Source of the DNA: the human T2T-CHM13v2.0 reference genome, Homo sapiens | DNA length: 64,000 nucleotides | Direction: 5' to 3' (one strand) | Assembly (NCBI RefSeq): GCF_009914755.1 | Contig: NC_060937.1 | Shown here: one piece after another, positions 16,106-38,034 of the stretch | How positions within the stretch are numbered: position 1 is the first letter of the stretch | How the letters are laid out: the number at the start of each line of letters is the position of its first letter | Translations under genes and position numbers: made by a program | Notes under the pieces: generated by a model | Told to the model about the DNA's origin: nothing | What the model saw: only the letters and a program-made list of their open reading frames with translations | The model's database searches: none

Positions 16106-17278
16106 TTCACAATGTAGCTGATGTGAATGCAAAGGCTTTTCCTGGACCACCTCTGGGAACAAAACCATTTGAATGAAAACACGGAATGAAAAACCTCGGT
16201 TTTTCCGTGGAGCCTGGTGGTTGGTTTGTTCATTTTACTCTCTTCCTACAATGTACTCAGTCCACTACCAGAGTGGTCAGAACAGACAACTTTGCTCCCA
16301 AATAGATACATCAGCAGGATAAAATAAAATCTTCTTATCCTGTCCATGCCCTCCATCCAGTGCCCTCCACTTGACTTTCCTACCCACCACATTTCCTGCC
16401 AGGCTCCAGCACATCACATTCGCTCTCGGAGCTCTCCTGTGTGGCCTGTGCATATGTGTTCCTTCCTTCCCCGGTACCCACTCCTCCTTCAGATTCAACC
16501 TCAGCCCCAGCATCTGTGGTGGGAGTGACAGATACTTCAAGAGGCATTAGTGCTGCGAGACTCCCGTCCAACGCCTGGCCCACTCCTCCTGGCCTTGTCT
16601 CCTTCTGAGCCAGGAGTGAACCCAGCACAGGGCTCCTGGATTCCAGCTCCAACATCCCTGCCTGGCACAGAGTAGTCCCAAGAGTAGATCCTCCGTGGGA
16701 TATCCCAGTGGTCCAGATGGAATTTATTGGACAGGCCAGATTCAATTACCATGTGCCAGAAAAATGACAAAACTTTTCTTCTCTTTGTGCTCAGGTAGAC
16801 ACAATTGCTTCGCTTTTATTTTTAGCGACATTAAACATGCTTTGGGAAATGAGGTCATGTTTCTGAGTTAGCATTCCTGCCTTTTCTCCTTCCAAAGAGG
16901 GCATTACAAATTCCCTAGAGTGCTGTACAAAATAGGAGAAAACAGGATTGTACAGATTTTACATGGTGCTTTTGAGTCTACTGGTCATTTTAATGAGAGT
17001 TTGTTGTTTGGTTGCCAGAAATCCTGGGTTATTCAAAGACAGCTTTGCCAAAGAAAATTAACCAGTGAGGGCTGGAAATACAGTCACGCTTACATAAGTC
17101 AGTGAGTAATGCGAGAGGACTTAGCATTAGAAAGGAAAAACGTGACTCAGGCCCCCGGATAGTGGAGGGACACATCTTGAGCTGCACCCACCATTTCAAG
17201 GAATATTAAAACCACATGAGGTTTTTCAGTTCCTCTTACGTCGATCACCACCTTTGATTAAACATCCTCTCTTGCAAA

Positions 17279-17542
17279 TTTTTTTTTTCTTTTTTGAGAC
17301 AGAGTCTCGCTCTGTCGCCCAGGCCTCTGCATCCTGGGTTCAAGCAATTCTTGTGTCCCAGCCTCCCGAGAAGCTGGGATTACAGGTGAGCACTACCATG
17401 CTTGGCTAATTTTTGTATTTTTAGTAGAGACAGGGTTTCGCCATGTTGGCCAGGCTGGTCTTGAACTCCTGACCACAGGTGTTTCCGCCCACCTCAGCCT
17501 CCCAAAGTGCTAGAATTACAGGGGTGAGCCACCACGCCTGGC
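17279..17542 (-). mobile_element. AluS with an internal deletion
   Basis: gcccaggc is joined directly to ctctgc; TSD ctcttgcaa. Confidence 0.9.
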
Positions 17543-18919
17543 TCTTGCAACATTTTATAGAAAATATGGAAAGAGAGTGAGCTGGCTATAGCAGCATGTA
17601 GATTAAACTGAATGCATGCTAATAATTAGTGTATTTTAACAGAAGCTCAGCTCTAGATACAATAGTAGGAAACTTATCATATAAACTTGTGAAACACTCC
17701 ATCATAAAACTGAATACACTGAAAAAAGGAAATAATATAAAAAGGGAATAGAGTAAAAAATGCCAAAATACACTCTGATGCACTTGTTCCTTTTTTCTGT
17801 CTTCCAACTCTTGCTACTCTTCCAGTCAGTTAATATCCCTTCTGCTTTTCCTTTATTTTTCTGAGTTGTTCCTGATGTTCTGCCCCTCTCCCTCCTCTAC
17901 CAGGCTCCCTGGTAGTGAATCGAGGGTGTGACCCCAGCTCTCGCGCCTGCTGCTGGGAAAGCGTGGACAGGTCACAGCTCTAAACTCTCTTTCTCACCTG
18001 TACAGCTGGACATGGTGCCACCTTCCTCCCAGGCTTATTGTGAGGTGGCAGGAGGCACTGACCTGGGAGGTGTTCCTCTCCTGTTCATTCACGTCATAAA
18101 ATGTGAAGCACCTACTCAGTGCCAGGCACTGGTGTCCCGACAAAGAAGCCTGGTGCCTGTGCTCGGGGACTGCTCACCTCATGGCACAGCAGCCAGGCAG
18201 GAATTACATGAGGGTGGGCTCCTCACGCTCCCCTCACTCTGGGCCTCTTACTCTTCCTCTCCCTCTCCTTCTGCACTGGCATCTGAACACTCAAGGCCAG
18301 TGCTGGAAAATACAGGGAGCAGGCAAAGGGATTCTTGAGCGCCTCAAATCTCTTCACCTCAACCTCACCTCCCTCTCCTATGTGCCCTACTCTTTTCTCC
18401 ACCCTGTCCCCAATTCTGTGGTGTTGAGTAAACGTTAACTGTGCACACTGCTTGTGGGACAGACCCTCTGTGGGGTGCTGGGAAATTGAAGATAATGGGA
18501 ATAACAGCAACACCTCTGCTTGTAAGGAGATTGAAGAATAGGATGATACACAAACATAAATATAATTTCAACATAAAAGTGAGAGTTCTAAAGTCAAGGA
18601 AACCTATCTAAGACATTAGTTGCTGCCAACTGCCCAGATATTGTCTTCTATGAACAGGGCTTCCCTGGGCTACCACCATGGCTTTATGCCCCAGGCAGGA
18701 CAGACACTGCCTTCCTGCTTGGTCTTATACCTGGAATGAAATCTCTTTTTTTCTTTTCTTCCCTCATTGTTTTTATCCCCAAGCACATTCCAGAGCTCAG
18801 CTCCCAGCCTGATCTACCTGTCACATGACATCGTTGATTCTTCCCATTTGGGCCACACTATTTCCTCAACATCCTTCCTGCTCTTGAGGAAGGTCTCACC
18901 CCACAGTGGCCCTGGGATT

Positions 18920-18924
<5 letters not shown>

Positions 18925-18976
<52 letters not shown>

Positions 18977-18993
18977 AAGAGAGGGAGAGTGTG
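18925..18993. repeat. Compound (TG)n(GA)n microsatellite
   Basis: Seen directly in the sequence. Confidence 0.95.
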
Positions 18994-19359
18994 TTTACAA
19001 AGAGAACTGACTTCCCCCACCTCTTTAGAAAGGATGATGCTGACTGGGCAGCTGTCAGCAGCACTTACCATTCTCACCGGCCTTGGTAGCGCCCTCTGAG
19101 CACTGCTTGCTTCTTTGCACAGGAAGGAAACCAAAGGGCTTTCTTCACAACCAATACCTAATACCTCTTCCAAGTTTATCTGTATTTTAACAAAGGATTT
19201 TAATTTCTGTATGGGGCGCTGGGTTCCTATTTTGGAAAAGTCAGTCCTGCAACTGTCTCTGAAATAATAGCCACAAAATCATTCATTTTAAGCTCCAATT
19301 GGGAGGGTGAGAAACTCGAAACCAAGCCTAATAATAATAACAACAATAATAATAATAAA

Positions 19360-19560
19360 GCTGTCACTAGTTGAGCACTTAGTAGGCATCAAACACTTCT
19401 TCATCTTAAATGCTTTGCAAACACTATCTTATTTAATCTTCACTAAAATCCTATGAGGCATTATTGTTTCTACTTTACACATGATGAAAGACAGAGTCAG
19501 GAACGTTGTAATTGCCCAAGACCACACACAGGGCCATGACCTAACTGTGCTCTGAACAAG
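19360..19560 (-). mobile_element. MIR-like fragment
   Basis: ttgagcactta...atcttatttaatcttcac...cctatgagg...ttgcccaagaccacaca resembles the MIR core. Confidence 0.6.
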
Positions 19561-20133
19561 CTGAAAGCCTTTAATCACTGTACATATCCCCATATGCAGC
19601 AGTTATTGACGTAACAGAGAGATTTACCCTGAAGAAAAGATGACCCGAGGGGACATGCTATACTCTTCAAATAGGAGAGTGGCTTTCATCCGTAAAAGTT
19701 TCTGTGGCGCCAGAGATGGACAAATTTGGGGTTCATTATTTAAAAAATTCAATAGTTGGAACAGTACTCATTTTAACTCATTTATCACCAAATAGGTGTA
19801 GAACCCGTCACATCCACACTAGTACAGTCAATTCCCAGATAAACCTGAAAATGAGACATTATCATCCACCATCATAAATCACGACGCAGGACCCAAAGAT
19901 GGTTTGTAATTTGTCTAAAGTTCTTTGCAAATGCAAGTGTCAGGATTGGAACCCAGGGCTCCACTTGATTTTCCCTAAGCTGTGCTGCCTGCAGCTTTGG
20001 AGTAAAGGGACTGAAATCAACCCTTTGCTTGAGATTCTAAAGATCATGCGCAGTGCTCATCAGGGCCCAGTGTCCTGAGGTCTCTCTTCAGGCCTGTCAC
20101 TGTCTTGTGCTCTCCAGCGCATGGCAATATCAC

Positions 20134-20159
20134 AGTCTGGCTGGACATGGGCAGCACGA

Positions 20160-20215
<56 letters not shown>

Positions 20216-20280
20216 CAAACACTCTGGCTGGACGTGGGCAGCATGAAGCACGCGCACACACACACACAGGCAAACACTCC
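20134..20280. repeat. Two-copy tandem duplication, each copy carrying a (CA)n tract
   Basis: tctggctggac(a/g)tgggcagca(c/t)gaagc-(CA)n-aggcaaacactc occurs twice. Confidence 0.9.
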
Positions 20281-20770
20281 TACTAGCCTGCACAGGATCA
20301 ATACACAAGCATGAATTATAGAATAGAGATATATACCTTCAGCAAAAAGGGTGTGATCTTACACTTTCTACTTCTTTTCAGTTACTGACAGTCACTTGAG
20401 TTCTGCCCTTTATTTTGTTTTGAGGTGCTGTCTCAGATAGAATCCCTAGACGTTGATTTGATTAAACTAACATCCTCTGGTCAGAAGTAATTGAGAAACA
20501 TGAGTTTATTTATAAAAAACAAATGGGAACTATTTGTTTTTATCATATTGTATTTTTACTATTTCTTGCTTACATTCATTAAAGGTTTTTTAAAATAAAA
20601 ACAAGTTTTTAAATCCCATTTCTAAATATTTGGAGTTAGGGTGATATTGTCAATGAACAGTTCAATGGGTTATCATTACTTTATTGCTGTGCAGAGCCTT
20701 TGCCACAGTAACTTGGAAAAATGAATCATAGAAACTCCATCCACAAAATTACAGATTTTTGCATTTGTGA

Positions 20771-21832
<1,062 letters not shown>

Positions 21833-23616
21833 ATAGAAAACATATTTTTAAATTCATTGGTAATTAAAACTGTGATGTGTATGTTTGGGTTTTAAGCCTT
21901 TGTCACTTTTTCAGTTTTCTGAATATTTTCCAATTTTGGTTTAAATAATCTGAAAATATTATAGCTACAAAATTAATATTGCAAGTAATAAACGGTGGTC
22001 ATTCTCAGAAAACCCTCCACTGACACATCCAATCAGCCACCATGTCGAAGTGTTTGACCACGATAAATATCGTTTGGCTTCATTGCCACCTCCTGTTGGT
22101 ATTGGCACAGCTCTCTCCTGTCCCTTACTCAGGCCACCACTCAGGGCCCCAGCTGTTCTCACTGCCCCACATCCTTTCTCCTCCAATCAACCCTTCATAT
22201 TACCATCAAGTTATTGTATAATCGAGTGTGACTAAATCCCTCCCCAGCATCAAGATATTTTTAGTAGTTCAAGTTACCTGCATCGTAATGTCCAAATGTT
22301 TCCCAGCCTTGTCTCCATCCCTCCTTCCTGAACAGCCCCAGAGCTCTGCAGGCCTGTTCATGCCTTTGTACTGCTTTTTTTGCACCTTTCTCAGCCCATT
22401 CTGTTTCCTCCTGCAGCATCTGGCTCCTCCCTCCATGTTCAATTTTGATGGCCCACCCTTGATAGCCCCATTCAAATGTCACTTCAAAATTGTCTCTCTC
22501 CCCCCAACACTGTTTAAGGAAAAACGGCAATAAGTCCAGGACAAACGACGCTTATGTCTCCTTTCTTACTCTCTCTGAATACTTTGTATATCCACCCATC
22601 CCAGCTCTTTCCATATTACACAAACCACATATTTACTTGCTAAGTCCCCCTCTGGAGACATTCAAGAGCAGAAAACATGCCTCCATATCCCTTGTTCACA
22701 CCATCACCCTCTCCCCAACCCCAGTGCCTGGCACAGAACCCAGCAAATGTGTGCACAAATCAGGATGGAGATCAGTAAGAAGGGTCATCGCAAGGTCTTT
22801 CTGGGGAGGGTTGGTTAAAAAGCTAGAACTTCAGCCTTAAATCATGTAATGGAAGAATACTGATCTCATACTTAAGTGGTTAAGTGCATGAATGGGGTAT
22901 TAGAAACACTCCTTCACATTTCAGGAGGTAGCAATAAAAGACATCAGAGATGGGAAGACTCAAATAACATTACTGATTTTCCACCCATCAATCAGTGCTC
23001 AGGCAGAAGAGCAGAAGGCTTTCTCTAGCCAAGCCCGTGCAAGGTGACTTCCGCCTTCGTAGACATCTTCAGCATTTAACTTCCACTCATCAGTGACTGC
23101 ACAGGAATGAAATGCATTTACTCATCAACTATGGAAAGTCCCTCTTGATCATGGCCTCTTGTATGTCACTCTGTGTTCCACATCATTCACTGCCAAATAA
23201 GCGAATGTAGTGATGTTCACATGTGTGGCTTGTCATGACCACTCACTATAACCACTTACCATCTCTGTACAAATTTAAATTAGGGGAAGAAAAGGAAGTC
23301 CTTCTTAACTTTTCTGTTTTGTGTTCATTTCTTTAATAATTCTCTTATTGGACAGATATTAATAAACTAGTTATTAGAGAAAGTTGTGAGTTGATTTATC
23401 CTTTCACAGCAAACTCCAAAACAATTTTTCAAAGCCTAAGGAAGAGATGCACCCATTCACTTTATATTAGTTTGGGAGATGTAATGGTGAAAAAAACAGG
23501 GCCCAAGGGGAGTTGGGATTCAGACTGTGGAGGACCAGAGAATGAAGGAATCATTGGCATTCATGCAGGATCTAAAACTTTTTCATTTTTTGGGCCAAAA
23601 TTTCATTTTTTTGGCA

Positions 23617-26402
<2,786 letters not shown>

Positions 26403-26684
26403 TCACCCTGACCGTTTCTTTTTGGTCCTCATAGACGGCTGGTTTTTAAACCATTTATCTGGGAAGTTGCCATTCACCTGTGTAGGGTGGTGGTTTGAGT
26501 TCAGGTGATGCAGCTTCTGTGATATCAGGAGTTTACCCAATGGACAGCATGGTGCAGAGAATTCAGTTCCTTAGCAGGAACTTGCAACTTAATCTGTCCC
26601 TTAAACTTTTTTATTACAACATGATCTATGGATCCAGAGAATATGGCGGTGAGGTACTATTAAGTAATAATGTGTGTAATCATC

Positions 26685-27720
<1,036 letters not shown>

Positions 27721-29197
27721 ATATAGTATTTCAGGGTGATAAAATACCAAAGAATCAGAAACCAAAAGAAAGTATCATTTGCAAATACCAAATTTTAATC
27801 CATGTATTCAAAAAATACATAACATGAGTTTTCTATGGACAAGGCATGGAGCTGAATGTCTTACATTCTTTATATATTTATTAATAAGATTTTAAATGGA
27901 AACTTGTATGTGTCAATTACCAAAGACACACCCATCTGTTAATTACTCCTTAGTACCCTCTACCATTTAGCTAAAACATATATGTGTGTGTGTATATATA
28001 TGTGTGTATGTGTGTGTGTGTATATAGCCTGTGTATATATATAGCCTGTGTCTTTAAGTTACAGGAAGGCTTTAAATAGTTACTGTGCTCCTGAAATGAT
28101 GTGAAAGGTTACAGCTTTATTAAGTTGCCCAATACTTATTAATGCAATTTTAGAGTTGGTTTTATAACTAGGAACTGAATGTCTACTAATCAGCATGACT
28201 ACAAAATAAAATTCAGAATTGTAAAAAAATATATATATATTAGTAACATGTGGATATAAAGATGATTTATTTCTGCCCACTGACCAGGGTCACTGGAAAA
28301 GGCAAACACTTAGAAAGTCGTCTTTACATCCACGTTACTAATTTTACTTAATATGGTATCTGCAAAGTACATGTGCTCTACTTGCCAAACTTCAACCTCC
28401 GAATTTAGAAAGATCTTATTCTGTGTCTCAGCTGAAAGTCTGAGCTAAGCTTTCTCTAATTTAAAAAAAGGACGGAATACGTGTACAAGGGATACGTAGT
28501 ACATGATTCTCTTTGAAGGACACATTTGCTTCCATCCTCTATGCAGATAAAAGAACAAATTACAATGTCTAAAATCTGTTCTTTTTGTATTCTGCATTTA
28601 GCCATCATTTTCTTCTACTGTGAGAAGGATCGATTCTACTCTTTCTGCTTTTTGCTTCTTTTTGCAGGGAGTTGGGGGATGGACAAGGGAGCATTTTAAT
28701 TTTACATCAAAATGTCAAGTTATTTGGCTGCATCTACATATGCCAGAAGTCACAATAATATGCGACCACTTTTATACAGCTTTTCTGATATTTATATTTC
28801 CTACAATTATGGAGTTTTATATTTTCTACAAATTTTCAAGGGATTTGGTTTTTTTTCTATTCACTCTACAAGGGTTTAAAAGTTATTCTTTCTACAGGGT
28901 ATAGAATTTATTATTTCTATAGAACCTATTTTACTTGGTCTAGGAGCTTCTGTAGGCTTCAAACTGTGTTTGGCTCTGAAAAGAATTAGTGCTTTATTTC
29001 TGCAGTATTTTTCTTCTTACTACTGTTCTAAATCACAACATACTAGAAGTAAGAATAACTTATAGTAAAGGTTCACACATAGATCATTTTTCCTGATTAA
29101 TTAAAAAAAAATCTTCAGTCTGTTTGACTCCAAGTTACCATTTCTACATGGGATTCCACCCCTAAGAGATTTAACAAATGAGATCATTTAAAATCCT

Positions 29198-29515
29198 GGC
29201 TGGGCACAATGGCTCACACTTGTAATCCCAGCACTTCGGGAAGCTGAGGTAGGCACATTGCTTGAGTTCAGGAGTCCTAGACCAGCCTGGGCAAGATGGC
29301 AAAACCTCGTCTCTACAAAAAATATAAAAATTAGCTGGGGGACTAATTTTATATTTAGTGTGTGGGGGCACACACCTATAGTCTCAGCTACTCAGAAAGC
29401 TGAGCTGGGAGGTCAAGGCTGCAGTAAGCCATGATCATACCACCACACTCCAGCCTGGGTGACAGAGTGAGACCTTGTCTCAGAAAAATAAATAAGAAGT
29501 AAATAAGTAAATAAA
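29198..29515 (+). mobile_element. AluJ-like element
   Basis: gaggtcaaggctgcagtaagccatgatc; TSD taaaatcct. Confidence 0.9.
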
Positions 29516-32399
29516 ATCCTAATGTGTTATACTGGGTAATACATTTGTTTTATGTTATTCTCATGAAGAAGCTATCAGTTTGTTTTTCAGTGAAGGCAGC
29601 CATCCCTCGTCGTGTCTAAAGAGCACTGATTCCAGTGCCCGCAGATGTTAAGTAGCGAGCGTGTTCATGTGTTGTCATGCCCCTCATTCAGGTGTTTACA
29701 CTGAGCTCGCTCTGGTGCTGCACACAGGAGTCCCTCCTTCTCCAGCCCAAACCTGCCCTGGGCCACTCTGGGCTTCTCCAGGTGACCACCATGCTGTCTG
29801 AGAAACACTACCACACGCCTGCACCCCTCAGTGCAGACGCCACCACAGGCCGTGCCTGGGGACCAGTGCAACACAGGGTCTCTGGGAATTGCTTTAAAAT
29901 ACCAACACAAGGAAAAAGGTCAATATAAACTCATGTGGCGGAATTTCAATCATTGTGGAATCTGCACACTGAGTTTGTGAATGCTCCCAGTGATATTTTT
30001 CTATACCTCTGTACATGCCTGAAATTTTTCATGATAAAATTCTTAAAAAGAGGTCAAGAGGCACGGAAGTCAGGCAAAGGATTACTGTCAATTCTGGGTG
30101 AAGGAGGTGAACATCCAAGCATCTTTCCACAGACTCCAAATGTCTTCCCTTTGCCCCTGAGGCTCTGCCCACCCAGCTCTCCGGCTCAGGTTGGCCTCTT
30201 TGGGCAACAGGGCTGTGGTCACTTTGGTTGCAGGTGGAGTTGGCCCATAAGGAGCCCCCGCAGGAGCTGGGAGTAAGGAAGAGAGTACGGTCAGGGAATT
30301 CATGCCTCCTGCAGCGTCACCAGGGCCTGGTTATGTCCTTCAGCCCAAGGTCACTGTCCTTCTCAGGGAGCTTGCTCTACATCGGGACTCTGCCCTTCAA
30401 GGTTCAAGTAATTGCTCCTCCCCTAGTCCCTCGGGTCTAGAGGGTCATGATGCCACAGCTACTACTTTCCCCAAGTTCCAGGATGGCTTCTCATGGTTCC
30501 GTTTCCCCCTTTGCATATAAACCCATGATTGATCCTAATTGGACTGTGGGGTGCCTGACCGGTAGAATACTCCACACAGTATGATCGCCTATTCCATCCA
30601 GGAGGGAGAAAGGGAATCAAACTGACTGACAGGTACAGCATGCCAGATTGGCAGGAAAGTACTGCAAAGTGTGGGTTCCCTCCTTTCCTCCCTGAGTTCC
30701 TTCATGTGCACATGGAACATGGATCCCTTACCCTTCAGAAGCTGACAGAGCCAACAATGAGTCACCTTTTGCAGACCAGATGCAGACTGCAAATACTCCA
30801 AGGAAGGGCTCGGAATCACGCATGCAGACTGACTTTCCTGTCTCCCAGGATGCAGTAAAATGGAGCCCGGAGCTGGGAGCTGAGGGAAACCAAGTCCACC
30901 GGGTCCCCCCAACTTGACAAGGACCTCAGACGGTCAGGAGGCATCCTGTTGCCTTTTGATGACTCTTTTCCTAAAGATACTGTGTGGTACTCATCAGGAC
31001 TGTAACCGGGCCCTCTCTTTCCATCTTGCATTTCCTATGTAATGGCCAAAGACACTTGGTAAGCCTCTCCCCAAAACAGACTATGGCATACTTGGACATA
31101 TGGAGGGATGACAGTGGCAAAAAGAAAATCCCTGAAATCAACAAAGTGGGATTAGACAGCCAGGTTTGCAACTAACTGCTTATTAGGCTGAGACAGTGGT
31201 GGACAGCACCTTTCCTAGAACGCCTGTGAAATGACAGGCACTTTGGGGTGTGAGAGTCATTCACACACTTAGAAAATACAATGCCTCCAATGACTAGGCT
31301 TTGTGTTGTTTCTGGAGAAGGGAGTCATAACAACAATGGTTGCCTTTTCTCGAGCACTCATTCTGTGTCAGATACTATGTGAAGTGTTCTACATGCAAAA
31401 TCCCTAACATTATTTCCTCATGATATGAAAAAAGTAACTGATTCAAGGCCACACGACTAGCAAATGGCAAAGCTGAGTCAAACCAAGGATGTCTGGCTTA
31501 AAAGTTTATGCTCTTTCCATTACACAATTTGTTTTCTCCTAAAGGAGGCGGAAGGATATTTGTTGAGAGTTTTGTTTCATTCGGATGCAGAGGTATCTAA
31601 GAAAAAGAGGAGGGAGAAGCCATAGAAGGGACAAGACAGGCCCTTCTCTCCCCTCTCCTGGCCACATGTGAAGGACGGGTTTTGAGCCTCTGAAAACATA
31701 AGATGAAGCCACAGTGTTCATGAAATACTGGGCAGGACTGAGTTTATGCATAGTCACCTCCCTCCCAGAAAACACAATAAGCACAGACATCGGGAGAGGC
31801 CATTCACCAACCCTCACCACCCCACCCACAAGTTGCAGTCACCTTGGGCTCACAGGGTAGTTGGGTGCAGGGCAGTAACGTCTTTCAGAGGGCACCAGCT
31901 GCAAAGCCACGGCAGGGCCCCTGGACCAACAGGCTCAAATGGAAAGAACATGAACAAACTTGTTCCTAAGCCCATGTGAGACGTCACCTCTCCAAGGACA
32001 CCCAGAAATAGCTGGGGAAGAATTTAAGCAGATGAGAGAAGCATGGAGGTTAAGGTCTTGTCAAGCAAGTTTGGAGTTTGGAGCCATGGAGATATGTGTG
32101 TAAATATTCACTGACTTTATTTATCCTCATGAACTCCTGAAACCTAGGACAGGTGGAATATGGCTAATCCACTTGTTCCTTCTTTGGGCCCTGGCTCTGT
32201 TTCTGGGTTACTGGCACTAGGTCATGGCCCCAAGCCCACGTCCTCCCCTGTCCCTCATCACCCGTGTTCACTGCTCATTTCCTTGGCCCTCTACTGCCCA
32301 CCTGCTCGTCCCTGGCTGTGCTTGTCTTCAGCTACGTGGACCCCACTGTTCTGCCTGCTCTCCTGAACACTGGACTCTGCTCTACCACCTGAATTTTTA

Positions 32400-33010
<611 letters not shown>

Positions 33011-33347
33011 CCTCTTTTCCACTATACCTCGTCCTGGGGCCCTGTCTTTGGCCTACCTATTCAGTTGTAGCAAGAATGCTGCTAAGTCAGTTTAGCAAGA
33101 CTCCCCTACCTTTAATATCTGATCAACCTGGCCTGCCATCAGCAAGAATCCTCTACCCTTGATGTCTCCCCTTGGGAATTTCCATGCACTGAACCCTCTG
33201 CTCCTTGACTAGAAATCCCCAGCTCTCTTTGCCATATTGGGAGTTGAGCCCAATCTCACCCCCATTGTGTAGCAATAGCCCTAAAAAGTCTTCCTCACCA
33301 TTTAAACAAATGTCAGAATAATTTGTTCTTTAACACTTACAGTGTCA

Positions 33348-33437
<90 letters not shown>

Positions 33438-33440
33438 TCA

Positions 33441-33704
<264 letters not shown>

Positions 33705-33874
33705 TTATCATTGGATCCTTGGACCTCTCATACCCAGACACACACCTTTGAAGCCTTTTCTTCAGTTCTGACTGATTTATTAGGGATCCGTTCATGAGTC
33801 CAACTCCTAAGCCAGTGCTCCAGGTAAAGACAGACTTTGATTCTTAAGATTGAGTATACTGTAGAAGCTGGTTT

Positions 33875-34020
33875 AGAGGAGTCCTAGGCTTCTCTGTTCA
33901 TTCGACAGGGAGGCTGGGTCAGAGTCCTGGGCTTCCCTGTTTATTAAATATGGAGGCTGGGTCAGAGTCCTGGGCTTCCCTGTTTATTAAATATAGAGGC
34001 TGGGTCAGAGTCCTAGGCTT
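33875..34020. repeat. 43-bp minisatellite (~3 copies) in the ERV leader
   Basis: aggctgggtcagagtcct starts at 33911, 33954 and 33997. Confidence 0.85.
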
Positions 34021-34838
34021 CATTGCTTGCAAAGTACCATTAGTTAAGAGTATGGGAGCTTCTCAGTCACTGAAACCCCCCTTCTCAAGCCCTTGATGGC
34101 TGTATGCTCCACCACTAGGGCCACTAGGGCATGCACTCACTCTGTCCACTTCCTTCCTTATGGCATAATTTTACTAAGGATAATTTGGAACTTTGATGGC
34201 TTCCCCAAACGGGCACCTTTAAGACCTCCCCCCTTCCTATCCCCTCTGCTCCTCTTTCCTCCTTTCACCACCTTTGATCTTCCCTTCAGTTCCTTTGAAT
34301 CCTTTAATATGTTGTCTTTGAAACCCCTACTTCTCCACCATCCACCTGTCCACTTCTGCCAGAACTTTCCCTTCCCACTCAAGCCTCCCACCTCCCTACA
34401 ATCACCGGAATCTTAGGCCTCCTACCCACATCAGGAGCTCTCAAAGGACCCCCAAAAGCAATCAGATATATGAGCAAATGAAAATCTTACAAGTCTCCTC
34501 CATAAATATTGGTGGAAAGCATTAGCCCTCGTAGTGAGCAGGTAACCTTACCTTATTCTATCTGTCAGAAACACTTAGGAAGCAGGGCAAAGATGAGAGC
34601 CAAGTATTTTATACAAACCTGTGAAATTTATTTTACTCTTTTTACCTGACATGTAGCTACAATATTCGAATGAAAGCTACAAGGTCTCTATTTGCATCTG
34701 TATGTAACTTTATATACGTATGCATGTATGTTATGTGTGTATGGTATTTTTCTACCTCTGCATGGGATTGCCAAGTTAACTTATAAAATCCCTTTAAGGA
34801 TTTCTATTCACATTGGCTTAGAGATAAATCAGAACTTA

Positions 34839-35160
<322 letters not shown>

Positions 35161-36712
35161 TCAATATCCTAAAACTCCCAGAAATCCAGATACCAACCCA
35201 AATGTTTTTCAAGCTCATATGATTTGAGTAAATTTTTAATAACTAAGACTATTTTGGAATTATTGGTTTAATAAAAATGAATTATCAGCATTAAATATAA
35301 GCATTATTCTTGGATTTACGGTCAATTAAGGTAAAATTATAACCACTAGATGTTTAAGATTAATTTTTAAATTATAAATTTAACCTAAGAACAAATGTGT
35401 AAGTAAAGATGCAGTAAAAATGAATTGCTTGACATACATTACTTCATATATATCAAACAAGCAGTAAAACAAATAGAAATCCACATATTTAAATCTTTTC
35501 ACTGTTTTTCTTTAATTTTGTGATACATGCCTAACATGTGTATGCTAACTGAAAATAGTTAACAGTTAAGTTAACTTAAATAGTTAAGATGATGGCTAGC
35601 TTTGTATAATGTTATAATATGTCTGCTAAAAACAGTTTCTAAAATCTTTTTGGCAACTGGCAGCCTTAGAGTTATACTAAGTAATAGACATTCATTAGCA
35701 ATTTCTAAGCAATCTCAAGTACTGAAACATTAATTACTAAGCCTAAGTTTAAGATTACATAATTTTGGCTTCTTATTATTATATGGTCTAGGGGGCCTAT
35801 GTATTTAGGCTTGTTAATAAATATGAAAAATTATACTATAAGACAGCATAATCCTATAATAATTGTGAGATGGTAGATTCATAAAACTTGCTAGCCTTCT
35901 ACAGAATGCTGGTACACAACAGACAATTCACAGTTGTCTACTTCCTAGTTCTCTCTGTTAAAAAAAGGTTGGTAATGGTTAAAAATTATAATCCATATTT
36001 GTAAAGGAAACTATTACAATTAATAAGGGTGAGGTGAAACAACTTTGTTTGCAAACTCTGTTTTCATTAAGGGAAAAGAGAGTAATTTTGTTCTAAAGTA
36101 AAATGACTGGTTGTTCCAGAATGAGAAAGAAACAAATATAGGACAAAACTTGAATAACTATAAAAAGTTGTAAAAGGTTTGTGAGAAATATTGCAAAAGG
36201 AATCTTATCTCATGTGGCCAAAGCTCACTAAGATTGGATTAATTTATTTATAAGGTTTCTTTTTTAATGCATTTTAGTCTCTGTTAAAATGACAAAGTTT
36301 TCTTGGATTATTGATCTGCTCTTAGTAACATATTTTAAAAAGGTTTTCTTTATCTTTTGAGTAATCCACCTAGGAAACAAAGATTTTATGTCTTCTCAGA
36401 ATAATTTCCTGTCCTAACCTTTACCATGTCCTTGGCAATTTAAAAGGACCAAGTCCTCTCACATTTAAGAGCTAAGGTTTTTTACAATTATGTTACCACC
36501 TCTATTTACTTTTGAATACTATTACTGTCATATCAAAGAAAAGAGTCAAACTCTGTAAAATATTTGAAGAGATTTATTATGGGCCAAATATGAGTGACCA
36601 TGGCCCATACACATCACTCAGGAGATTCTGAGAACATATGCCCAGGGTGGTTGAGGTACAGCTTGGTTTTATATATTTTAGAGAGGCATGAGACATCAGT
36701 TAAATACATTTA

Positions 36713-37009
<297 letters not shown>

Positions 37010-37041
37010 TTAAATTAAATTAAATTTTAAAAATACATTTA

Positions 37042-37339
<298 letters not shown>

Positions 37340-37697
37340 TCAAAAAAAAAAAAAAAAAGAAATACACTCGTTTGGTTCAGAAAGGTGGAACAACTCAAAG
37401 CAGGGGCTTCCAGGCTATAGGTAAATTTAAACATTGTCTGGTTGACAATTGGTTGAGCTTATCAAATATTATTATTTGAGGACAATTGAGATCTGGGATC
37501 AACGGAAAGGAATGTTTAGGTTAAGGTAAAGGATTGTGGAGACAAAGTTTTATTGTGCAGAGGAAGCTCTTAGATAACAGACTTCAGAGAGAGCAGGTTG
37601 TAAATTGTTTTTTATTGGACTTAAAAGGATGCCTGGTTGAGACCACCCTGGCCAACATGGTGAAACCCCATCTCTACTAAAATACAAAAAAAAATTA

Positions 37698-37868
<171 letters not shown>

Positions 37869-38034
37869 TTATTGATAGAGCAGGAGCATCGCCATCTTGG
37901 ACAAGCCCCTCATTCTAAAGTTCACCTTAATAAAAAAACACCTAAATCTAAACGGCATCAGCCTGATGGCTAAGGTCAGCATGACCATAAACCACAAATA
38001 ACATCTCCAACCAGAAACATCCCAAACTCCTCCC

